NCBI GenBank assembly: GCA_038040445.1
Contig: JBBPIG010000001.1
Span: forward strand, 301,768-365,767
Length of the DNA stretch: 64,000 bases
Direction of reading: 5' to 3'
Source: Candidatus Onstottus frigus
GTDB taxonomy: Bacteria; Acidobacteriota; Blastocatellia; UBA7656
Below, piece after piece: positions 20,129-29,893 of the stretch (its first letter is position 1; each line of letters starts with the position of its first letter). The notes under the pieces are model-generated. The model was not told where the DNA came from. It worked only from the letters and a program-made list of their open reading frames with translations, and made no database searches. Both the position numbers and the translations under genes were made by a program.

Positions 20129-20557
20129 TCACGCACAGCGGCCCCGTCCGGCAATCTCCACTCCATCGAAGCGCAGCAACTCATCCTCTTTGCTTGGAGG
20201 CGGCACCACCTCGAATACAACCTTGTCGAACTTTCCGTGACCGCGATAGAACGATGACTTGTACCCGCGCTGATTCGTGAACTCGATCAATTGGACGCCC
20301 CACTTTCCTAGAGCAGCGTTTTCAGGAATCGGAATGGTAAGGTCAAAGCTTGTCTGCGAGTAACTCTGTTCAAGGGGAATTGACACCTCCCCCACGGCCA
20401 GCTTTGATTTGCTGGAGCTCGCCATGCTGAACTGAAAACACTGGACGAAAATCTTGCTGACTCCGTTAGGATCGTAGGCCGCGATCCGCAGCACCAGGCT
20501 CTCACCCGCTACTACCTGAACATCCGCAGAACCGTTTATCCCCAAACTGACAGACAT
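20129..20557 (-). CDS. hypothetical protein (142 aa)
   Basis: ORF only; beta-rich composition. No family recognised. Confidence 0.35.
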   Translation of the reverse strand: MSVSLGINGSADVQVVAGESLVLRIAAYDPNGVSKIFVQCFQFSMASSSKSKLAVGEVSIPLEQSYSQTSFDLTIPIPENAALGKWGVQLIEFTNQRGYKSSFYRGHGKFDKVVFEVVPPPSKEDELLRFDGVEIAGRGRCA

Positions 20558-20779
20558 ATCTCCACCTTTCCTTTGGAAAAAGTCGTGTGAGGATTATCAG
20601 TAACTCCAGGGCAGGTCTTACGGTCTTCTCTTGTTTTCTATGACGGCGACGATGATAACCGCCGCAACCAGTGACCGTCAAGAGTTCATCGCTTCGCTTC
20701 AATGTTCAAGGGTTCACAGTTCCGGGTTCCGGGTTTAAACCCCGAACCCGGAACCCTGAACTCGGAACCGCCGTCGGGT

Positions 20780-22585
20780 TTATTTTTGATCGTACGGGCG
20801 CTCTTTTCCTTCCTGCGCCTCTTTATACGCGCCGTTCGGAATATTGGGACCCAGCGCGATTGCTTTCTCATACTCGCCGAGCGCGTCCGGGCGGAATTCC
20901 TGGAAATCGAATATTCGTCCGAGAAACACATGACTCCACTGGATCAACCAGCGCTCGGAATCCTTCGACGCATTTTCGATCGCCTTCCGGTAGAGCTTGA
21001 TCGCCCGCTCGAGCCGTTCATGCTGCGCCTGAATCTTGTCGTTCTCATCGGCCTTGGGGTCGAGCTCAGCAGCCGAGGCCGTCTGAGTCACGACCTGCGC
21101 AAGCCCGTACAGGGCTCTGGCGTTGCCAGGCTCCACCGACAGCACCTCGTCCAGGATCGAACGCGCCTCTTTGAACCGCTTCTCCCTGATCAGATCATCA
21201 GACCTCAGGATCTTCGCTGCCATCGCACCCATCGCCGCTTCGGCGGCGGCGCCTTCGCTATTTGTGCTCTTCGACGATTTAGACCGGCGCGCCGACACGC
21301 GAGCTACTACGGGCTCGAATTCCCTCGGCCGCGCTGCCTCGCGATCGAACTTCGCTGTCGCCACCATCTGATCGAAGAAGTCTTCCATGCTGATGCCGAC
21401 CTTCTCTAAACCGATTAGCGAATCATAGAAGTGAAAGCTGAGCACCGCGCCGCGAAGATAAGCTTGCGCAAGGTCGAACACCGCGTCGTCCTCGGTGTAG
21501 CTTCCTCGAGTAGCGATGGTATTTATCCGCCGCAGCCTCGCCTCGGTGGCCTGCGCCAGCGATTCGCGGACGACAAGATACACGCTGTTCGAGTACTGCT
21601 TTGCCGCGGTCGGCACCGAAGCAACCAGCTTCAGCATCGGATCCCTGTACTCGAGCGAAGCCTTCAAGTGCCGCTCGACCATCGGGTCGATCACGAATCT
21701 TATCATCGCCTGACGCACCGGATCGGCAGCACCAGCTCGCGAAGGTCCCACAATCACGATGTAGTCGTCGCCAATCTTGCGCGACAATAAGTCTTCTCTC
21801 TGATTCAGAATGTCGCCGCGCACAGTCGAAGTATCCATCGCGGCAAGCGGATCGGGGATGACGAAGACCTGCCTCGTGCGAGTTCGAGTGATCACCGTCG
21901 TTTTTTGCTTTTTGAAATCCGCCTCGCCGGTCGTAATGACCAGGGGGCGCATGTTGATTACCGTTTCTGGTTTCGTATGAAAGTAGTCGAGGACATCGTA
22001 GATCACCGTGCCGACTGGAATGCGATAGGCCGCCGCGGACGTTTCTGCAATCGACATGTATTTCGGAATGAGTTCTCTTATCCCGCTCTTCACGTAGAAC
22101 TCTCGAACCAGCGGGATAAAACCGAGCAGAGGCTGCAAGTCGTCCGGGATTGCGAGGTCTGTTGACGACTGGTAGATCGTGAAACCCGGAGGCTGCGTCA
22201 TCATCACGCTGAGCGCGGCATACCGGGCTGCATCGGCGGTTTCGTCCATGCCCGGCCGTCTGTGTGCTTTGTAAAACGCCGCGAGCTTTTCCTTCACCTG
22301 CGGATCAAGCGCGGCGAGGTCTTTTCTCAACGCGGCGCGCGCGGAGGACAAGGGCTGATCGCCCGTCTCATAGTCAAAGCCGGCCACATTCAACGCCGCC
22401 ATCACAACGAAGGTCCTGACGTCGGCCCCGATGCGAACGTTTACTTCGGAAGGAGTGATGAACCCGCCCCGCGGCGTTGATGGCTGGACTTGCACGCTCG
22501 TCTTCGTTTCCGGCGCCGTCTGCTGCGCGGCAGCCGAGGCAGTCAGACAGCCAGCGAGTAGGAAGATAACACTTGCTCTCTGCAT
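20780..22585 (-). CDS. secreted hypothetical protein with C-terminal TPR repeats
   Basis: Signal peptide MQRASVIFLLAGCLTASAAAQ. TPR-like helical repeats in the last 150 aa. Confidence 0.5.
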   Translation of the reverse strand: MQRASVIFLLAGCLTASAAAQQTAPETKTSVQVQPSTPRGGFITPSEVNVRIGADVRTFVVMAALNVAGFDYETGDQPLSSARAALRKDLAALDPQVKEKLAAFYKAHRRPGMDETADAARYAALSVMMTQPPGFTIYQSSTDLAIPDDLQPLLGFIPLVREFYVKSGIRELIPKYMSIAETSAAAYRIPVGTVIYDVLDYFHTKPETVINMRPLVITTGEADFKKQKTTVITRTRTRQVFVIPDPLAAMDTSTVRGDILNQREDLLSRKIGDDYIVIVGPSRAGAADPVRQAMIRFVIDPMVERHLKASLEYRDPMLKLVASVPTAAKQYSNSVYLVVRESLAQATEARLRRINTIATRGSYTEDDAVFDLAQAYLRGAVLSFHFYDSLIGLEKVGISMEDFFDQMVATAKFDREAARPREFEPVVARVSARRSKSSKSTNSEGAAAEAAMGAMAAKILRSDDLIREKRFKEARSILDEVLSVEPGNARALYGLAQVVTQTASAAELDPKADENDKIQAQHERLERAIKLYRKAIENASKDSERWLIQWSHVFLGRIFDFQEFRPDALGEYEKAIALGPNIPNGAYKEAQEGKERPYDQK

Positions 22586-22877
22586 AAGACTAAAGATAAC
22601 GGCGCGGTAGAACCGTGGTCAAGAACCCGCGGACCGCCAGAAGTAGCTTAGCAATAATTCTCATTGCCCACGGAATAGATAGTTCACTGTACACGAAACT
22701 CGGGGAGTCCCGGTAATCCCACCAACGCAGTTGGTGGTTCGTTTATACCCAGCCTAACTCTTCGCTCGGAGTCACTTTCCGGCTGATGACAGCCATGTCG
22801 AATATGAACTATCCACCAACTGCGCTGGTAGGATTGCACCTGAATACTTGTGTGTCATCGACTTTTTAAGCAGCCTG

Positions 22878-24431
22878 CTAAAGCTTCTCGGACACCGCCT
22901 TAGCCTGCAGAAACAGCAACAGGTAATCGCGCCCGCCGCCCTTTGAGTCGGTGCCGGACATGTTGAAGCCGCCGAACGGATGCGCGCCAACCATGGCCCC
23001 GGTGCATTTGCGATTCAAGTACAGATTGCCCACGTGGAAATCACGACGAGCTTGCTCGAGTCTTCCACGCTCGCGGCTGTACACTGCGCCGGTCAAACCA
23101 TATTGCGTGTTGTTGGCAATTTCGAGCGCCGAGTCGAAGTCTCGCGCCCGAAACGCCGCCAGGACCGGGCCGAAAATCTCCTCTTGCGAGACGCGCGCCA
23201 TCGGTTCCACGTCGCCGACCACCGTCGGTTTGATAAACCATCCGCGTTGGCCCTCCGTTAGCGGGCCGCCTCCGGTCATCAATTTGCCCTCGCCCTTTCC
23301 AATCTCGATGTAGTTCAGAATCGACTCATACGCGCTCTTGCTCGAGACGGGACCCGTCCAGTTCTCCTGTTCCTTGACCGGACCGACCTTAAGCTTGCCA
23401 GCTCGATCGGCGACTCGGCCAACAACCTCATCGTATACCTGGTTAACCACGACTACTCTCGAGCACGCCGAGCATTTCTGTCCTGAATATCCAAACGCCG
23501 ACGCGACAACTCCATCAACTGCCGCATCCAGATCAGCGGTCTCATCGACGACGATCGTATCCTTGCCACCCATCTCGGAGACGATTCGCTTGATCCACAA
23601 CTGGCCTTCGGCGGTCTTCGCGGCAAGCTCGTTAATGTGGAGCCCGACTTCTTTCGAACCCGTGAAGGCGATGAAGCGAGTTCGCGGATTGCCTACGAGG
23701 TAGTCGCCAATCTTTGCGCCGCTGCCGGGGACAAAGTTCACCACACCAGGCGGAAGCGACACTTCTTCCAGCAGCTCGACAAACTTCGCGGCGACTATTG
23801 GGCTCTCGCTGGAGGGTTTGAGCACCACGGTGTTGCCGGTCACTACCGAGGCCAGCGTCATTCCTCCGAGGATCGCAAGAGGAAAGTTCCAAGGTGGAAT
23901 CACGATCCCCACCCCCATCGGGATGTAGTCGAGTTCGTTCTGCTCGCCGGCGAGCGCCGTCAGCGGTTGCTCCTGACCGTAGCGGATCATCTCGCGCGCG
24001 TAGAACTCAGCGAAGTCGATGGTCTCGGCAACGTCGCCATCTGCCTCCGCCCACGATTTGCCCACTTCCAGGACGAGCAACGCATTGAATTCTGCCTTGC
24101 GCTTGCGGAGCAGCGAAGCGACCTTCAACAGATAGCGCGCTCGCACGTCAGGCGCGACGTTCTTCCACTCCTGGAAAGCGGCGGTTGCGGCTTCGATCGC
24201 TTTGTCCGCGAGCTCGACGGTGGCCTTATGTACGAGCCCGACAACCTCCTCGTAGTTCGATGGGTTCACTGAAGCGAGCATGTCGCCGGTCGTGTAGCGC
24301 TTGCCTCCGATGATAAGCGGATACTCGCGCCCGAATTGAGATTCGGCGTCGGCGATCGCTTCGCGCATCACTGCCGCGTTGCGCTCGCTGGCAAAGTCGG
24401 TGAAGGGTTCGTTCTGAAAAGACGGAAGCAT
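22878..24431 (-). CDS. rocA: 1-pyrroline-5-carboxylate (L-glutamate gamma-semialdehyde) dehydrogenase, RocA-type aldehyde dehydrogenase
   Basis: Near-collinear similarity to Bacillus-type RocA as recalled from memory (VIPPWNFPLAI, TGNTVVLKPSSE, catalytic Cys in GQKCSACSR, C-terminal FHVGNLYLNRKCTGAMVGAHPFGGF). Confidence 0.8.
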   Translation of the reverse strand: MLPSFQNEPFTDFASERNAAVMREAIADAESQFGREYPLIIGGKRYTTGDMLASVNPSNYEEVVGLVHKATVELADKAIEAATAAFQEWKNVAPDVRARYLLKVASLLRKRKAEFNALLVLEVGKSWAEADGDVAETIDFAEFYAREMIRYGQEQPLTALAGEQNELDYIPMGVGIVIPPWNFPLAILGGMTLASVVTGNTVVLKPSSESPIVAAKFVELLEEVSLPPGVVNFVPGSGAKIGDYLVGNPRTRFIAFTGSKEVGLHINELAAKTAEGQLWIKRIVSEMGGKDTIVVDETADLDAAVDGVVASAFGYSGQKCSACSRVVVVNQVYDEVVGRVADRAGKLKVGPVKEQENWTGPVSSKSAYESILNYIEIGKGEGKLMTGGGPLTEGQRGWFIKPTVVGDVEPMARVSQEEIFGPVLAAFRARDFDSALEIANNTQYGLTGAVYSRERGRLEQARRDFHVGNLYLNRKCTGAMVGAHPFGGFNMSGTDSKGGGRDYLLLFLQAKAVSEKL

Positions 24432-24638
24432 ACTATGAGTTCCTTTCTCTCTCGATCCTCGGGTTTAGCCAAGCTAGAAACTATCAACCTCGTTGAACAA
24501 CGGTCAACTGAGATAGGACGCTCCTTCGTTGTAGCAACAAAACCTGGTTGTTATAGTGCAGGTGTTGACTGCCCTCGCGCGCATAGCGCCAGGCTGTGGT
24601 CTGCTAGATTGAAGGCGATTGTGATCTTCTAAAAAAAC

Positions 24639-25952
24639 ATGCGCCGGTTCAAACGATACACAACATTTGTCCTCCTGGCGTTGGTGCTCTTCGCGAGTGG
24701 CGCGCGCAGCGGTAGCCCGCCAGGCAACTCCGCCCATTCGATCGCGGCCCGCGATTCATCGGATCCATTGTCGCCCAAGGACCGGGTCGAGGTTTTCGAG
24801 GAGGTTTGGGAAACCATCAACGAGAAGTACTATGACCCTTCTTTCAACGGCGTAGACTGGCGCGGTGTGCGCGAGCGCTATCGCCCGCTCATCGAACGGA
24901 CAAACACCGAAGACGAATTCTACGGACTCCTCAAGCGTATGGTCGGCGAGCTGCACGACGCCCACACACGCTTTCACATCCCCGAAGAGCGCCGCGAGCG
25001 CGAACGCTTGCAAGCCGTCAGCGCCGGCGTCTCCATCTACGAGGTTGAAGGGAAACCGGTCGTCGTAAGCGTGGAGCCGGTTTCAGACGCCGCTCGCGCG
25101 GGCGTCGAGGAAGGAATGATCGTGCTTGCCATCGACGGCAAGCCCGTCTCCCAACAACTGGCCGATGCGCGCGCTCGCGTAGCAGGCTCGTCCACGGATC
25201 GCGCCGTTCGGCTCAGGCTGTACCGGATGATCGTTGACGGGGCCCCCGGCACGACTCTTCGAATGAGCCTCGGGCGGGCAGACGGTTCAGTGCTGGATGT
25301 AGCATTGACGCGCCGCATCGTCGCCGATACCGGAGTGGTCACCTCACGCCGCTTACCATCCGGCTACGGCTACATCAGGCTGACGCTTTGGAAATCGCCA
25401 ATCCGAAAACGATTCCGGCGAGCGCTGGAACAACTCAAGGATGCACCCGGCATCGTGATCGACATTCGCGGCAACCCCGGCGGCGAAGCAGAAGAAGTTG
25501 CGAAGATCGCAAGCTACTTTTTCAACTCGAAGGTTGCATTTGGCAAGTTCAGCACGCGCGCGGGGAAATCGGTCTACGTTCGCACCGATGACGATGAGCA
25601 GGTCTACAAGGGTCCTCTCGCGATCCTGGTGAACGAAGGCTCGGGCAGCGGCTCGGAGTTGTTCGCCGGAGTGATGCAGGAGAACGGCCGCGCTATGGTG
25701 GTCGGCCGCCGGAGTTGCGGATGCGTGCTCGGCATATCGAAGTTCAGAAGCGTGAAGGGCAAGGGTGAGCTTGCGGTGAGTGAATACGGCTACCGCTCCC
25801 CCAAGGGAAACACTTTCGAAGGAACGGGAGTGACTCCGGACAAGACGGTGGAGCTGAAGATATCGGATATTCAGCAGCATCGGGATGCTGCGCTTGAAGA
25901 GGCTGAGCGGTTGTTAAAAACAAAACCCGAAGCAAGAAGCGGCTCACACTGA
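24639..25952 (+). CDS. S41-family C-terminal processing peptidase (PDZ plus tail-specific protease domain)
   Basis: Signal peptide, PDZ-like region, GNPGG motif and Ser/Lys dyad region typical of S41. Confidence 0.7.
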   Translation: MRRFKRYTTFVLLALVLFASGARSGSPPGNSAHSIAARDSSDPLSPKDRVEVFEEVWETINEKYYDPSFNGVDWRGVRERYRPLIERTNTEDEFYGLLKRMVGELHDAHTRFHIPEERRERERLQAVSAGVSIYEVEGKPVVVSVEPVSDAARAGVEEGMIVLAIDGKPVSQQLADARARVAGSSTDRAVRLRLYRMIVDGAPGTTLRMSLGRADGSVLDVALTRRIVADTGVVTSRRLPSGYGYIRLTLWKSPIRKRFRRALEQLKDAPGIVIDIRGNPGGEAEEVAKIASYFFNSKVAFGKFSTRAGKSVYVRTDDDEQVYKGPLAILVNEGSGSGSELFAGVMQENGRAMVVGRRSCGCVLGISKFRSVKGKGELAVSEYGYRSPKGNTFEGTGVTPDKTVELKISDIQQHRDAALEEAERLLKTKPEARSGSH

Positions 25953-25999
25953 GTATGTTCCTCGGGAGCGTTCAAATCGATCTTCTTATCCGGGGACCG

Positions 26000-26226
26000 G
26001 CGCTGGTCAAGCAAAGAATCGCGACTTCAGCTTGGAGAGTGAAGGGTTCAGGTCGGGAAGGGTGGCTTGGCCGCGCTCCAGCACTGGTAAAGCAAGGGAT
26101 TGAGACTTCAGCTTGGAGAGTGAAGGGTCGCAGGTCGGGAAGGGTGGCTTGCCCCCGCTCTTGTTGCTCAAACTGGACACTGACGAAAAAGAGCGGGGGC
26201 AAGCCACCCTTCCCGACCTGCGATCC
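26000..26226. repeat. two tandem direct repeat units of about 80 bp (26001-26080, 26081-26160), followed by a perfect 31-bp inverted repeat (26130-26160 and 26191-26221, 30-nt spacer); REP/MITE-like hairpin element between convergent gene ends
   Basis: Read directly: gcaggtcgggaagggtggcttgcccccgctc and its exact reverse complement. The unit-1 copy is degenerate. A related copy lies at 39838-39919. Confidence 0.75.
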
Positions 26227-26239
26227 TACGCACTTAGGT

Positions 26240-29200
26240 TCATCTTGCGGATTGTCCGCGAGCAGCCTTCGCTTTCGACAAGCTCACAAGATTCGCAATC
26301 AGCCGATAGGCGCCCGGTACTCCTTTGGGCAATTGTCTGAACCAGGCGTACGCAGTGTAGACATAAATCCCCTTGCCGTACTCGGCGATCACTTCCCCTC
26401 CCTTCAAGTCCGGTTCGCCCGGGTCGTGACTAGCCATCAACGGTTTGAAATGCGAATCCCAGTCGCCCAGGAAGTAAGCCCCGCGTTCTTGCACCCAGCC
26501 ATCGAAGTCGCGCTCGGTGATCTTGTTCGGAAAATTGAAACGCGGATGATTGGGTTCGAGTATAGTCACCGCCGCCAACTCGTCGGTCACTCGAAAAGGC
26601 CGGGCGTCAGGCTTCGGATACGACGGGAAATCGCCGCTCACGAACTGGGCTTGTGAGTAACCCGCGACCACCAACTTCCTACGCGAGTATTCAAGCAAAC
26701 GCGCGTTGTACTGGGCCAACTCGGCCTTTGACGACGCGTCTGAGCCAACAACGATCACGTCGAGTTGTGACAAATCACTCCCGAGTTCGCTAGCTGAAAG
26801 CGGTCGCGCGTCGAGTCCCGCGCTGCGCAGCGAATCAAGCACCTTATCGCCCGCTGCTCCGATGAACCCGGCTCTTGGCTTTGTCGCTGACTTCGAGAGA
26901 GCGAAAGCGATCTCAGCCTCGCTGAGATACAAGAGCCGCGGCTCTCGATCAGCTTGCCGCGCCCCCTGCCCCGAAACGCGCGCGTCCTGTCTCTCTTCTC
27001 TTCCGGTCCTGTAGGGCGCGAACCCGCCCGTCTCGAAGTTGCCCCTGCTGTACTGAACAATGTAAGTTCCACCCCGGTTCACATAATCCATCAATCGCGC
27101 GTTGTTCGCGATCACATCGGGGCGAACCTCGTACACGCGAACGCCCGCGACGATCGTGTCATACGCGCTCAAGTCACCGGACGCGAGTTCCTTCGAGTCG
27201 ATCGTCTTCACGTCAACGCCAATGCGTTTCAGGGCCGCGGCGAAATCGTCGCCCGCTCCCTCGATATAGCCGACTTTCAAACCCGGGGCCACCTTGACGT
27301 CTATCACCTCGGCTTCGGCTTGAGCCTCGTGATAGACGAAACGCGGCTCGATGTGAGGATAAGCGACAACTTGATAACCTTGGCGGTACGAGCGCCCATC
27401 AACGGTCGCGACTGCCGACAACGTGCGCCGAGTCTCTGCGCTGGAGCCCAGCACTTTCACGACGAAGCTGAGCGAGGCTCGCTCCTCTTCGCGTTTCAGC
27501 TCGAAGTTGGCAGACGCCGGTGTCACTTGCCACTCAGCGGGTTTCTGAAGCGTCACGGAACCGCGTACGCCGCCCTTCTGATTGTTAGTCACCGACACGG
27601 TCACTTGGCGTTCGATCGCGGCCGCGGATTTCGGATAGACAAGGAGGTCCGGTGAGACGTTGACCGACACGGCGGGCGCGACCTTAAGCTCGTGGCGAAT
27701 CTCACCAACCGCCCGGTCGGCATAACGATACTCAGCTTTCTGGTTGGTCTGTATCGATGCGCCGGCGATGTTGAAGTCCACGACCCCCATCAGCGCAGGA
27801 GTAGAAACGGGCTCGATCCCGGTTGCGCCTTTTTCCGGCTTATCGATCTTGAACATATCGCCCTTGCGAGGGCTGTTCAGCCAGTATGGCCGGGTCGGGT
27901 CGGCATCGGCCGAGACGGTGACGGTGTATTGAGCTTCCAGCACAAGCCTGCCGTCAACCTCGGTGACCTTCTCCTTTCCCTTCTGAACCGCTGTCCAGCC
28001 CGTGGGTGTTCGCAATCCAAACGAGCCGAGCTTAGCAGCCGAGTTCACGTACGCGCTCAGAGTGATGGCGAACGCCTGACCTGGAGTGACGATTTCGTCA
28101 TCAGCCAGACAATCGACGACCACGCCTTCAGACTTCAACAGCGCGTCGGCGAAGTCAGCTTCCTTTTGTTTGAGAAGAAAGGTCGTCTCAAACAGCTCAG
28201 ACTCATTCAAGCCCAGCGCCCCAACCCCGTTGCTGATCTCGCGCAGCTTCTTCAAGCCGCGCGCCACTATCTCAGTGACCGAAGCCTTCGCCAGCGGATT
28301 GTATTTCGCCTTTGCTTCATCCGCAGCCGACTGAATTTCCGCGAGCTGATCTCTCAGCCTCGCCGCCGCGGCTCCGGCGTATGCGGCGATTCCGACCATC
28401 GACGAATCGATGTCTTCAAAAATGTCCCTTTCATTCTTGATCGGACCAAGCCTCGAGTCGATCAATCGCAGCCGCGAGAGCCGCGGACCGCGCGCTTCGA
28501 TGGTTCCCTGGTCCTGAGACCGGTGCTGGCTGCGTCCTCGCGCGGCGAGCTCGTAGTAGCTGCAGCCAAGCAACGGATCGAACTCGCCGGTGTTCAGTGA
28601 AAGCGTCGCCAGCGACGGTAAGAACTCGCGAGGACTCGCTGCGCCGTCAAACGAACGAAGGTATAGCTTCTTCGCTTGCCAGGGCCTCAAGCCTTCTTTG
28701 ATCTGCTCGGGGAAACGCGACGGGTCAGCCGCCGCGCGATATGCTTCCTGAGTCAACAGGCCAGAGCTTTGATGATGCCCGTGCCCATCGTTAGGTGACC
28801 CGCTCCAGGCCGACACGATAACCAGCGGCCTAAAGGTGCGAATGACCCGGACCATATCGGCGAGGACAGCTTCGCGGTCCCACTTTGAAAGCGTCTCAGT
28901 GCGTGACTTGCTGAACCCAAAATCGAACGCGCGGGAAAAGAACTGTTGCGCGCCGTCGATCTTTCGCGCAGCAAGCAACTCATCGGTGCGAATCACGCCG
29001 AGCGGCTCGTACAGCTCGGGACCGATCACGTTCTGGCCGCCGTCTCCGCGGGTGAGCGACAGGTAGGCCGTGCGCACTTGCCGCCCTCGCGCAAGGTAGG
29101 CGAGCAAGCCGCTGTCTTCATCATCCGGATGAGCACCGGTGTGAAGCACGCTGCCGACCACACCAAGCCGTTTGATCGCCTGGCCCAACGCCATGGCGCC

Positions 29201-29323
29201 GCGGTCTTCGGCCGGCCGCGTATCGGCGCGCGATCGAGAACCAAAGGGAGACCAGCAAGAAACGGCGACTACGAAAAAGACAAGTGCCCACGATTGAAAC
29301 TTGCGCGTCAGAGTAGGATTCAC
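26240..29323 (-). CDS. large secreted protein (1027 aa) with an N-terminal PIG-L/LmbE-family deacetylase domain
   Basis: Signal peptide. PIG-L motif HTGAHPDDEDSG plus downstream His/Asp residues. Long uncharacterised C-terminal region. Confidence 0.6.
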   Translation of the reverse strand: MNPTLTRKFQSWALVFFVVAVSCWSPFGSRSRADTRPAEDRGAMALGQAIKRLGVVGSVLHTGAHPDDEDSGLLAYLARGRQVRTAYLSLTRGDGGQNVIGPELYEPLGVIRTDELLAARKIDGAQQFFSRAFDFGFSKSRTETLSKWDREAVLADMVRVIRTFRPLVIVSAWSGSPNDGHGHHQSSGLLTQEAYRAAADPSRFPEQIKEGLRPWQAKKLYLRSFDGAASPREFLPSLATLSLNTGEFDPLLGCSYYELAARGRSQHRSQDQGTIEARGPRLSRLRLIDSRLGPIKNERDIFEDIDSSMVGIAAYAGAAAARLRDQLAEIQSAADEAKAKYNPLAKASVTEIVARGLKKLREISNGVGALGLNESELFETTFLLKQKEADFADALLKSEGVVVDCLADDEIVTPGQAFAITLSAYVNSAAKLGSFGLRTPTGWTAVQKGKEKVTEVDGRLVLEAQYTVTVSADADPTRPYWLNSPRKGDMFKIDKPEKGATGIEPVSTPALMGVVDFNIAGASIQTNQKAEYRYADRAVGEIRHELKVAPAVSVNVSPDLLVYPKSAAAIERQVTVSVTNNQKGGVRGSVTLQKPAEWQVTPASANFELKREEERASLSFVVKVLGSSAETRRTLSAVATVDGRSYRQGYQVVAYPHIEPRFVYHEAQAEAEVIDVKVAPGLKVGYIEGAGDDFAAALKRIGVDVKTIDSKELASGDLSAYDTIVAGVRVYEVRPDVIANNARLMDYVNRGGTYIVQYSRGNFETGGFAPYRTGREERQDARVSGQGARQADREPRLLYLSEAEIAFALSKSATKPRAGFIGAAGDKVLDSLRSAGLDARPLSASELGSDLSQLDVIVVGSDASSKAELAQYNARLLEYSRRKLVVAGYSQAQFVSGDFPSYPKPDARPFRVTDELAAVTILEPNHPRFNFPNKITERDFDGWVQERGAYFLGDWDSHFKPLMASHDPGEPDLKGGEVIAEYGKGIYVYTAYAWFRQLPKGVPGAYRLIANLVSLSKAKAARGQSAR

Positions 29324-29381
29324 GTTGGTCTCCAGGATGCTATAGCACCGGCGCTTTGCAGTTATTTACGCCTGCGGGTTG

Positions 29382-29618
29382 CTAGGATGCTTTCAGAAAG
29401 ACATTCTCGGCCGCTTGTGGCAGGATGATCGCAACAAAGTAATCTTGGGGATAGAGATAGTCTTCACCGGATTCGTCTACGATCCGAACCAATCCGTGCT
29501 TCGCCGCCTTATCATCTGGAAGTACTTCGTAGATCTTGCGAACTTCCAGCGACGCAGGATACTCGTTGTTGTTGACGCACACCGCAAATTGCTGATCCTT
29601 CGGTTTTCCCATAATCAT
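29382..29618 (-). CDS. small hypothetical protein (78 aa), downstream partner of an overlapping two-gene module
   Basis: ATGA start/stop overlap with the upstream ORF. Moderate GC. Acidic. No family confidently recognised. Confidence 0.35.
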   Translation of the reverse strand: MIMGKPKDQQFAVCVNNNEYPASLEVRKIYEVLPDDKAAKHGLVRIVDESGEDYLYPQDYFVAIILPQAAENVFLKAS

Positions 29619-29851
29619 TCTTCCAGGAAGTCTTTGATCTTTAGCTCTTTTTTCCCAATTCCATGCGCCTCATACCAATGAAGCTCAGCTTCGCATATGG
29701 TCCCATCTTTGAGCCGAATTGTCCCTCTGCCCTTTAGTTTCCTCCAATGACCGGCCCCGTACATTCTTCTCAAACGCACAATATCGTGGATTGAATTCCC
29801 GACAGCAATAGTCTCGATGTCGCCGATCCTTCCGATCAGGTCGAATACCAT
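29615..29851 (-). CDS. small hypothetical protein (78 aa), upstream partner of a possible toxin-antitoxin-like pair
   Basis: Basic (RLRRMYGAGHWRKLKGRG). 4-nt overlap with the partner ORF. Preceded by the nested palindromic element at 29894-30080. Confidence 0.35.
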   Translation of the reverse strand: MVFDLIGRIGDIETIAVGNSIHDIVRLRRMYGAGHWRKLKGRGTIRLKDGTICEAELHWYEAHGIGKKELKIKDFLEE

Positions 29852-29893
29852 AGGCTAGGATATTGCCAACAGCGTGACGCAACTCTGAGTTGT

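Noticed and set aside
20717-20756. GC-rich palindrome gggttccgggtt...aacccggaaccc
   Set aside because: Probably a simple hairpin terminator between two minus-strand genes. No flanking U-tract or repeat copies were seen, so it is only noted.
23637-24272. 211-aa plus-strand ORF inside rocA
   Set aside because: Antisense to a near-collinear aldehyde dehydrogenase.
26000-26226. Possible CRISPR array
   Set aside because: There are only two direct repeat units of about 80 bp plus a hairpin, with no short regular repeat-spacer periodicity and no cas genes, so this is not CRISPR.
25972-26340. Three overlapping ORFs (25972-26202 -, 26007-26207 -, 26113-26340 +) sharing the peptide GQATLPDL
   Set aside because: They are produced by translating the tandem/inverted DNA repeats. 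The repeated peptide reflects a DNA repeat, not a gene.
27692-28600. 302-aa plus-strand ORF inside the PIG-L protein gene
   Set aside because: Antisense shadow ORF. The opposite-strand 1027-aa gene has a signal peptide and a PIG-L motif.
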